Source of the DNA: Chlorokybus atmophyticus
Lineage: Eukaryota > Plantae > Mesostigma and Chlorokybus algae
NCBI GenBank assembly: GCA_009103225.1
Contig: RHPI01001946.1
Coordinates: 318,302 to 382,301 of the forward strand
DNA length: 64,000 nt
Direction of reading: 5' to 3'
Numbering within the stretch: the first letter of the stretch is position 1; each line of letters begins with the position of its first letter. The notes below the pieces were generated by a model that worked only from the letters and a program-made list of their open reading frames with translations, had not been told where the DNA came from and did no database searches. Positions 23,745-33,783 of this stretch are shown here, in pieces. Both the position numbers and the translations under genes were made by a program.

Positions 23745-26215
23745 ACAGCAGGGCATCACACTTTGGAGCTGTTCGGAGGCATCGAAAGTGGCCTCGCCGC
23801 TGTCCTCAACGCAAGGGTCAACGTCACTAAGTATTACTATAGTGACCCCGACCCACACGCGCAAACAGCCCTCAAACACCACTTACATCAGCTGCACGAG
23901 CGCTATTTACAGCAGTTGCCGTTGTTAGCAATGCAGGGCAGCCTCACACCGGTGCTAATGGGTTTCAGCAAGTTTGGCTGGATCCCTAATTTAACTATCG
24001 GTTTAAGATGATTTTTGCCAGGAATTCGCAAGATCTTTTACTATGTTAACTAATTTTATGGCAAGATCCTTAACTATGCTAGTACTTGTCACAAGCGGTC
24101 ATCGGCCGATCGCATTAAATTGTACCAGATCGCCAACAAAGTTGGAGACCAGGTTGTTACTATTTTCAATACGTATGGTCGGGACACAGACCTGTACGAA
24201 TGTGCATTGATATGTAGACCACTTCCCGTCATTACGTGCCTCCCTCCCTGACGCCGTTGGGGACATGGCAATTACAGTATAATGCATTTAAGTTCGAAAA
24301 TAAGCGCTACAGATCACTATAACGACCGTGATTGGTTCGGCCGATTAGGCATGGTTGCAGCCGTCACATTGTTGTAATGTCGATCGCTACACCGCAATAA
24401 TATGACTGCCAAGTTTATTTGCAACCTGATCATCAGTGTATCGCCGGTTCAAGTACCTACGGGCTTGCTCGCGGCCTACCATGAGCCTGCGGCCTACATG
24501 GTACTTGCCTAAATGGTGATCACGTAGCACACTGTGACCAATCTATCAAGTTTATGCAGCTCGCCGGTAGATGGCACAGGACGTTTGTACCTGACAAATA
24601 ACGATGTGGTTGGATGCTTTGCGCCGCTAAGGTTCTTGACCCCCACGTCACCCGCATATCACAACCTAGGTTAAAACACCTACCGGTGCCTAGCTGATTA
24701 TCTAGTTGTTTATTATTATATGCAACTATTGTTGTAAAAATTGTATGCAGGCCTACATGTAGATACCTTATGTCCAGGTACAAGAACATACAATGATTAT
24801 AATGTGCTTATACTAATGCATACCGGTATGTGCTGTTGGTGCATGTCGCGTGACACATGCATTGCGTAAGCATGCATGCAATGGATCGGGCCATACATGT
24901 GGCATGCAAGCATTGCGGCACGTGAGACTACTGAGGCAGCCGCCGCAAGGCATATATAATATATAAATGTCGTGCCATCTTGTGTCATTGTAGTCTAGTT
25001 GGTCAGTGCTCAGGTCGTGCGTTGTTAGCAACCTGATAGGTTCGTCTGCGCAGGTTCAAAACTCGGCAATGGAGTCGCGAACCCCCCTGCATTGCGACTT
25101 TTTTTGGGGGGGCCGCATAATGCGGTCATAACGTTGCTAGTTAGATCACGCATTCATATAAATCCTCTTAATACATGATCTCATCAAAAATAATTACAAG
25201 ATGTGGCCATTTTTAGGTTCAAGAAAAGACGGATACGAATGATGCACACCAACTACTTGACTTAATGGCAACTGCATACCAAACTACGTTGTGGCTGCAG
25301 CAGAAAAAGGTGCAAAAATTGATACGCTGCTTACATGCAGATCCCTAATCAAGTTATAGCTAGATCTCCATATTAATTATGGGCAAGGCCGAACTGTTAG
25401 GAGGCCATTTCTCCCCGTGTGAAGGCATTGCCACAAGACATCCGACAAATCAAGGAGGACCACTTGGTGTCCCTCGCCAACATCGACGTGTTGATAGCTG
25501 GATGGGAGTGCCAATGACACTTCATGGCAGGAAAAGGCCAAGGCCTTGAAGACCCTCGCTCGGGGCTGTTTTGGGAGTTGATGAGAGTCATCCACCTCCT
25601 CCAACAGCACCACATCTCCAGGCCGCCGGGGTACATCATTAAGAATGTGCACTCGGAGGACGACAAGCGTCCACACGTGGCCTCCAGCTACCAGCAGATG
25701 TGCTCCATTGTTGAGCACCCATTTAAGGTAAACACAGCGCGACATGGCTCACGCGCACATTGTGTATGCGTCAAGCGGACAAATTTGGCCATCGCAGACG
25801 AGATGATGACAGCGGAGTATACCCGCAGCCGACGGCCACACGACCTTTTGATTGATGATATCCTTGACTCTGGCCGTAAAGCCCAACCTGCCACACGTCT
25901 TAACCATAGCCTCTGCGGCTATGGTCAAGACACGTAACTTCTACTATTGCAACCTGGGCAACCGCGCCGCACTTCCTACTTTTGTGTCTTACCTGGGGTC
26001 CTATGCCTTTCACGATAGAGGTGACGGCATGTTGTTGGATAACGCAACAAGCCGCTTGAAAGAGCTGAAGAACCCAACATACGTGAGCGCGAACGCGCCA
26101 TTGGCTTCTTCCTCAACAATATCACGCGGTCCCAGCTGAACGATAGTAAGCAATGTCAGCTACTTGGCCGCACCATGAACCAAAATAGCCTGGTATGGCT
26201 GCTGGAGCTGAGCTT
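23745..26215 (+). pseudogene. Retrotransposon-encoded cytosine-5 DNA methyltransferase, interrupted and degenerate
   Basis: Motif I LELFGGIESG (23763); motif IV IDVLIAGWECQ (Cys 25509-25511); GLEDPRSGLFWELMR; motif VI GYIIKNV (ENV to KNV, 25641); motifs IX-X RERERAIGF...QLLGRTMNQNSL; split by an insertion at ~23949-25424. Confidence 0.88.
23949..25424. mobile_element. Unclassified ~1.47-kb AT-rich insertion splitting the DNMT
   Basis: DNMT frame resumes across it (AMQGSLT / ALPQDIR). Weak terminal inverted similarity CACACCGGTGCTAATGG vs CACACGGGGAGAAATGG (12/17); no clear TSD or ORF. Confidence 0.55.
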
Positions 26216-26399
26216 CGCGTTGCAGAACCGCCATGCGTGCTTGCAACAATCTCAAACACCTGGCTGGGGGGTAGGCTTATCGCATTGCCGACACCAAAGC
26301 AGCTCACATGGAGGAGCAAGCAGCGATATCAGTGAAAGACACCCGGTGGTGGCCAATGCCACCTCATCGGATCACGCCATTGGTCCTCCGACCATAACA

Positions 26400-28430
26400 G
26401 ACACACGAGAGAAGCTGGAGGCACTCCTCAACAAGTGGAGGCGCCAATTTAGTTACAATGTGAAGGAGCTACATCTACACATGTTGAGTATATCAAATGG
26501 ATATTGAGCTGGTGGACACCGAAGCAGTGTTTCAACGGCAATACAGGCTCTCCAAGTTGGAAGAGAACTTGGTGGAAGTAGGGTGTAAGGCCATGCTGAA
26601 CGCAGGCCTTATCGAAGAGTTCACGTCGGACTTTGCAACAGCAACCGTCATGCCATATTTAAAAGACTCAGCAGGCAACTGAACAGAAAGGCGCATGTGT
26701 GGCAATTATCGCCCCCCCAACAACAAGACCAAGCAAGACAGGTACCCAATGTCCACAGCAGACGGTATATTTAATGATGTAGGAGACTGCACGGTCTTCA
26801 GCATCCGCGACATGCGCCCAAGGTACAACCCAATCGCCATCAAGGATGAGGACAAGCACAAGACCTCCTTCTGGGGCAACCGGCAGTTGTACCAATGGAA
26901 GGTGATGCCGTTCGGGCTGAAGGATGCCCCCGCCAAGTTCCAGCGCGTTATGGACAAAGCCTTGAAGGGGCTGGTGTAACAGTTGAGGCCAAGTTTCATG
27001 ATATTTGGACCTTTTTTGGCCCATTTATCGGGCACCACGTTTTCGTGACTTGTGGTAGATATCGGCGAGTTATGAGTCTGCCGCTAATATCGACCGGGGC
27101 CCTAGGACCAGTCCGGAAGGTGCCAGAAAACGGAGGCCCAGTCGAGAAGGGCTCGACCAGATTGCTGGAAGGGCCTGGCGCCAAATAGTATAACTTGACC
27201 ATATGAGCACATATCAGGAGATCTTCGTGCGTAAGAAAGGTCTAAAGTGTATTGTAAGGTACTGCAATAATATCTTAGCATCTAGTTGTGACTAGCACGG
27301 GAACTGTCTAAACAGTAGCATGTGCAGACTGGTAGGTATAAAAGCGACATTCTACAATGTGCAATACAACCTTTAGCTCCCTAGTTTCTTGTGTGTAAGC
27401 CTGGTGGTGGTTAGCAAGGGTTGCTAGCGTGTGTCCACTGGTGTGTGCTTGCTTGTGTAACACAAGTCGGTGTGTAGCTTCGAGCACGTGCGCGTCCGTA
27501 TGCAAGTGGCAAGGGGCGCGTGTGTGCTTGGCAGAGGGGGCAAGGTTCCGGTGTGAATACCGTGCCTTGGTGAGAGGGTTGTTGTTTGGACCAACTCACA
27601 GGTGACAAGGCACGAGCACCGTCACAGCTGAACTTCACGCAGTGCTACATCGATGACATCCTCATCTTTAGCCGCAGCAATAAGGAGCATCTTCAGCACA
27701 GTGCTGGAACGGCTTTGGGGAGTGGGGATAACTGTGCATCCCGATATGTGCACCTTCTTCACCCACAAGGTGCCGTACTTAGGGCACATGATTGTGCCCC
27801 ATGGGGTGTACGTACAGCAGGCAAAGGTGGAGGCTCTGACAGCTATCCCTGCCCCCAGCGACCTCACGCGGTTGCGCGCCTTCCTAGGCCTCGCTAACTA
27901 CTATCAGCAGTTTGTGAAGGATTTTGCAAAGCTAGCACGGCCCTAAAATGAGCTAGTGAAGAAGGAGTCACAGCAGCAGGCCTTTGAAGAGCTGAAAATC
28001 AGACTCACCACAGCTCCCATTCTTCAACGCCTTGAATAAAGAGCTTGGTGCCCTACACCAAGCTCTTTATTGGTGCCCTACACCAAGCTCTTTATCTTCA
28101 CACCGACTGGAGCAAGCTTGGGATGGGAGCCGTGCTGGTGCATCACGATGAGAACAAGAAGAAGCGGGTGGTGTTATATGGCAGCCCATGCAACAATTGC
28201 CCGAAGCCAAGTATAGCAGCTACAAGGGCGAGTGCCGCTGCAGTATGGGCTAATTCCTTCCTTTCGGCCTCTCCGGTTCAGTCGACACTTCCACCTCATC
28301 ACCGACCATTAGCCACGCGAGTGGTTGATGACCAACCAACACTTGACGGGGATTTTGCCCGTTAGGCTCTACCATTGCAACAGTGTGATTTTCAGATCAA
28401 CCACCGCGGTGGCCTTAGCAACAAAAATGC
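26400..28430 (+). pseudogene. Reverse transcriptase and RNase H remnant (Ty3/Gypsy-type)
   Basis: RRMCGNYRP, DRYPM, WKVMPFGLKDAPAKFQRVMD, CYIDDILIFS, YLGH, LRAFLGLANYY, ILHTDWSKLGMGAVL. Confidence 0.93.
26975..27626. mobile_element. Solo LTR (652 bp) inserted in RT
   Basis: TGTAAC...GTCACA termini; TSD GCTGG/GCTGA; removal restores MDKALKGLNFTQCYIDD. Confidence 0.85.
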
Positions 28431-28699
28431 CAATGGGCTCAGTCGTAACCCTCACCTCGGCACGAGCTCGCCCATGCAGCAGCGGCCCCAGCAGTGGCTG
28501 CTATGTTTGCTGCCGCCGCATTTCGCTTAGGGCGCAAGACCGACACAGCTACCATCATAATAGCTAAGGTGATGCCTGCTCTTGAGCCAACTAGCCCTAC
28601 AGTTGACACCATAGCAGGGAATACTCGCGCTGTCAACATTGATGATACCGAGTTGGCACCCACTGATACCAGGCAGTACATTTGGCTGGACAAGCCATC

Positions 28700-30130
28700 C
28701 CTCTCCTTCCTTTAAAGTGGCCAGCTCCCCATCGGCATGAGTGCGCGTGAGAAGGATTGCGTCAATAAACGCACTCAGCACTAACGGTGGGCACGTGACA
28801 AGCTGTATTGCCGCCTTTATGGTGAAGACAAGAAGGTGCCAACCTCAGCCACACGCTAGAGCATCATCACTGCCCTCCATACTAAGCTTGGAGATTTTGG
28901 TGTCGAGTGAATACTCAGCCTTGTAAGGGCACAATATTTATGGCATGAGCTGTACAAACAGATGCAAGAGTTTGTATGCACCTGTCAGCAGTGTGATTTG
29001 GTTCGGCCAGCCTTAACACGCGCAGTACCACACTGCAACCTCTTCTCGTCTCCAACCTCTTCTATCGCTGGGGGCACGACATCTTGGGAGACGTTACCCT
29101 CGGCGTGCGGCAACCGCTACATGCTCATGATGATCAAGGACTTCTTCAAGAGGGTGGAGCTGGTGCCATTACCCGACAAGGGCAGTAGGTGGGTGTCTCA
29201 ACCTTCCTCTCATATGTCCTCAGCCGATTTAGCAGCTGCGCCGAGGTTATCAACGAGCAAGGCACTGAGTTCAGAGGAGAGTTCGACACCCTCTGGGACA
29301 GACAGGTGCTACATCGATCACCGCCGTACCTCACATCACCACGCACAAGCCGATGGCCTCGCCGAACGCGCGGTGCAGACCATTACAAAGGCACTGCGCA
29401 AGTAAGTGCTAGAGTATGAGAAGAACACGTGGGATGATCACCTCTCGTGGGTGGCTATCTATTGTCCAAGCAAGCAGCTCTGCGGGAGTATAGCCCGTAC
29501 TACTTGTTATTTGGGCGACCGCCGCTGCTTCCCTTTCGTGCACAGCAGGACGTGGATCGCGTTGTGAACAAACCCGACGACCCGACTGGATGCACCACAA
29601 TATTACCACACACGCAGCTGTTCGAGCATACCGTTTCCATGGCCTTCAACAACTTGCGCATCGCGCAGCACCGCGACACGCTACGAGCAAGTGCGCAGTG
29701 GCATCTGCAAAGAGCGCAAACCTCGGTTACAAGCGGACTTTGCCTATAGCATGGGGGCTACTATAAACACGCTTAACACCTCCATTGACTACACTGATTA
29801 CAAGATACTCAAGGTGTACCTTACAGGGGTGCTGCATCTCCTCGGCCGGAACGGCGAGAGATTGAAATCAACCTCTCGCCGTTCATCATGTTGTACTTCG
29901 AAGTACAACATGATGAATTGCGCGCCATGCCACCTCCCTTACGTAGCCGGCTTTCGGCGCATCAAGCACCCTCGCCTCGCTCGCAGTACGTTGCAAACGC
30001 TCTGGCAATGTTAACGACGACCCTCTCATGATGATGTGCAATAGCTGCAACATGGGACTGCATTGCAGTCTGGAGCCCCCATTGGATGCCGTGCCAATGG
30101 AGCAGTATTGATGCGACGACTGCCGCGTCA
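28700..30130 (+). pseudogene. DDE integrase with H2C2 zinc domain and C-terminal PHD finger, degenerate
   Basis: ALHTKLGDFG...CQQC; NRYMLMMIKDFFKRVELVPL; EQGTEFRGEF; HAQADGLAERAVQT; SPYYLLFGRPP; then CKRS...MMMCNSCNMGLHC...PPLDAVP...Y*CDDC (~29990-30125). Confidence 0.88.
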
Positions 30131-30197
30131 ACGGCCCTCCTCACTTGCATTAGAGGCTGAGCCTTGGGGCTAGCACCTTCTCAAAGGCTCAAGGGGG

Positions 30198-31231
30198 GTG
30201 GCTTGTTGATTGTGCACTCTATCACTCAGTATGTACACCATGGTGGAGAGCATCTCCACATGTTCATATTGAGCAGCACCGAACACGCTCCTGGGAGCAC
30301 TCGTGCTATGAGAGTCGGGTTATCTTTTGATTTGGCTAACATAATTCACTTTGCTACAGTAGCATGTTTAGCAAGCATGTCATTCCTTGCAGCTGTCCAA
30401 AACAGCATGACCCTCGACTCTCCTCGGCCCGACAGCTGTCATGCCCATTGTTCTCGTATGCCAGCCGTCATCGGGCATGCCTACATTAAAATCCCTCGCC
30501 CGGCCTATTAGCATAAACGCGCGTGCGATACTGACCAATAGCTAGGTTATGACTCTAGACTAGCTCCTGTCCGTAGTCTACATAAGCACCGCGCGTAGTT
30601 GTGAGTTCAGTTGTAAGTTGTGTTCTATATCGAGTGGGGGTTTCTTTAAAAACAGCACTCGATATTAACGTCAGCTGAAACACGATTTGAACAGGCATGA
30701 CTTGACTTGTATAATAGTTGTCATGGTATTCATGGATCAGCTGGTGACACTATGAGTGAGAAAGCTAAGAGCTTGTGAAGCAACTTGAAGAAACCCATTA
30801 CGTGTGAGAGCCTGTGCATGCGCATGTGCACTGAGCTTGTTATTGTTGTGAGCTTGGTGTGCTTGGTTGCGGTGTGCTTGTTGGCATCAGCCAGGGTATA
30901 GCATCCACGCATTGCTTATTCAATTACCGTACTTAACAGTGTAGCACATTTTCCACTCATGCAAAAAACTGTGTAAACAGCACTACCCACAATAGTGGCT
31001 TGTTGAATGTGCACTCTATCACACAGTATGTACACAATAGTGGAGAGCATCTAAACATGTTCGTATAAAGCAGCACCAGACACGCTCTCAGAAGCACTTG
31101 TGCTGTGAGAGCCGAGTTATCCTTTGCTTTTCACGACATGCTACAGTCTGCTACAGTAGCACGTCTAGCGGGCATACCTTCCCTTGGAGCTGTCCGAGAC
31201 AGCGTAACCCTCGACTCTCCTCGGCCCGACA
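30198..31231 (+). repeat. 3' terminal block B1-A2-B2 of retroelement copy 1
   Basis: B1 30198-30434 and B2 30995-31231 align end to end (GTGGCTTGTTGA...CCCTCGACTCTCCTCGGCCCGACA); A2 30437-31006 lies between; polypurine tract AAGGGGGG at 30191-30198 precedes B1. Confidence 0.9.
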
Positions 31232-31855
31232 TAATGTTTCGTAAAATTTGCATCATTAGACGCACGCTTATGTATAAATGCAATTGTATGCTTAATATCA
31301 CACATGTATACATAATTATAGATGTTATAGTAAAGTTACATTAATTGAATTCTCACCATGATATTGGCCCCCACATAATCCCCATCGCATCTTCTACTAT
31401 AAACATTGTTATATATGCTCATGGATTACTCTATCAGAAACCCTTGTGTGCTGGTTATGCATTTATGTGTCTTTGAACCATATTATTTTGCTGCTATCAT
31501 TATTGTGACTGTTGGTCGGCCGAGTGTGCCATGCCATGTTGTTCTGTACAACCAAATAGCATCAAAACTCCATTCGTAAGACTGTATAGCATTAAAAACG
31601 CAACTGCTTATAAGCAAGCATTACTGATGCTCATAACTAAAGTGATGCGTTGTGAATTGAGTTGCAAGCAGTCATTAGGAAGGCTTGCCAAGAGTCGTGA
31701 GCAGGGAGGGGGTGCTGCAACGCGGCGCGACCACGTCGCAAGTTGCGCCGCCGTCAGACGACTAGCAACATTGCGCGGTCGAATCAGTCAGCACCAGTCG
31801 ATCCACATGCTCGAACGGGACACTAACGGTCGACCGCGATGATTTGGGCGGTGTG

Positions 31856-31894
31856 AAACCAAGCCGGTCGACTGGCGATCGACCGGCTTGGTTT
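31856..31894. repeat. Perfect 16-bp stem, 7-nt loop inverted repeat
   Basis: AAACCAAGCCGGTCGA-ctggcga-TCGACCGGCTTGGTTT. Confidence 0.9.
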
Positions 31895-33783
31895 GATACT
31901 GCCAAAATTACAAGGCCGATTTAACCCGGTCAACCCAGAAAAATGAGGGACAAAAGCTCCCCTCCTATCTGAGTTGGCAATAAATACATGTGAGTCACGA
32001 GTTGTTTAATTATGATGGTATGAGCTAAACAGCAATAAATCAATGTAATAAGTTGTATTATATGTTCAATAAATGTTTTGAGCTTGTCTAAAAGGCGTAT
32101 TGAGCCCTTAAGCATGATCAACTTAGATTACCCCCATGCGCTTTCCAATCTTATACACTGGGTGTCTTGAAGTAGCATCGGAGCATAATAAGCTACGATA
32201 AGCGAGCATGCTATCAAATTTGTTGCATCGTTTGAACAAGCCTGGTAGATTGCATGTGTAAAGGATACACTTGTGAGCACAATCTTCTCGGCTTAGATAA
32301 AACGTTTTTCAAAGGAGAGCTTTCTCAATTAGCTTCTCATTTTCACAAGCAATACTGAAGCAATTATTACATAAATACATAAACAACGTGTGCATTTGCG
32401 TGTGCACATAGTGTGCACGCGTAAAATTCAGTGTACGGGTGTAAATGAGTGCAAGTAAGTGGACGCAATGCGTGCAGTTGTACGTGTCAGTTAATATAGG
32501 CCTCGCATGCAGTTCAGCGTTTGCGTGTAATTGTGTGTGTCTGTTGTGTGCGCACGCGTATGTTGGTTAGTTTGTGAGCGCGTTGTTGTGTACATTTATG
32601 CGCGTGCACATGTAGGCCTTTGCGTGTGCGCGCGTGGGGTAAGACAATCTGCGGGAGCAGCTGCGTGCATGTGCAGGACAATGTGCGCGCGGGTGTGAGT
32701 GTTTTTGTTTTGGTGTGCGTGCACTGACTTGCTCAGCAACACCGTGGCTCTTACGCATGTCAGCTGCTATGGCCTTCAAGGCCGCCTGCTTTGCGGCATG
32801 GTCAGTGTCCTCCTCCACTTGTTTGCAGTCTGTAGTCGTGGCCGGCGCTATTGCCCCACACACTGCATCGCACTTAGTTCAACCCATCTTGTGCGCAGCT
32901 CTAAACCGCCGTAAGTGCCGCCAATACCGCCGCCGCCACGTGGCCACAACTCTACGTGAATACGCCGACGATTCTCAACCGCCGACGAAAGTTGGAAAAC
33001 GTCAATGGTCGACGGGCCAGCGGTTGGAGATCAGTGCGGTTGGCAAATTCAGCGATTGGCGAGCTTGGCCGGTGGTCATCTGCTCAATGTCATCTGCTCA
33101 ATTGAAATCGTTACAATGGTTACTTACCTGTACATACTCGACGGGAAAATACTGCAACACTTACAGGCTTCCATTCAATCTTTTCAGTCCATGAACATGA
33201 TTGCTGGCCATTCAACAGGCATGCTGTGTAATTCTGCGCAATACCGGTCTAACGGGAGGCCTATCACGAAGGCGTAACTTTCATAATGTAAGGGACTTGA
33301 AAGGACGGTCCTTGCATGAAGCCGGACACATGTCTGCCCCAGCCTACCGTACCGCTTAGACCCTAAATACAAACTGTAGCTTTGCTTGTCAACCGCAGTG
33401 CCGATTTCAAGCACCTACCCACGACATTTGGGCCAGATAAACCGGCGGTAGCGAGGATGTCGACAAGTCACGTGAGCGGCGACGTGGACAACGTGGACGA
33501 TGTGGACAGCGGCGTGGGCGGCGGCGTTGGCAGGAGCGTAAGAGGCTAATCGAGGAACGCCCTTGAAGGGAAACCATTTGAGCAGGATCTGTTGTTCGAC
33601 TGGATGTAGCGGTAGCTGCCGCAGATCAGGCGGGAATATTGTCTGGGATGGTTGAGCGTGACGATGGCTGGGAGGCGCTGGCCTGCTGGCGCCAAAAATG
33701 AGAAAGAGGAGGAGCACGACAAGCATGAGGATTAGTAGGAGGAGTAACAGCTGGTAAAGTGAGCAAATGTATAGGCGGGCGAG

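Larger units (their letters stand above)
17565..31231 (+). mobile_element. Decayed Ty3/Gypsy-type retrotransposon with C5 DNA methyltransferase and PHD finger, bounded by split direct repeats
   Basis: Starts TGTCATGC (17565), ends CCCGACA (31231), flanked by TAGT/TAAT (putative 4-bp TSD, 1 mismatch). Order: Gag, unknown domain, protease, DNMT, RT, RNase H, integrase, PHD; many stops and frameshifts. Confidence 0.92.

Noticed and set aside
17565-31231. DIRS/Ngaro tyrosine-recombinase retrotransposon
   Set aside because: Termini fit, but the coding region has Ty3-type protease, RT and a DDE integrase, and no R-H-R-Y recombinase motifs were seen.
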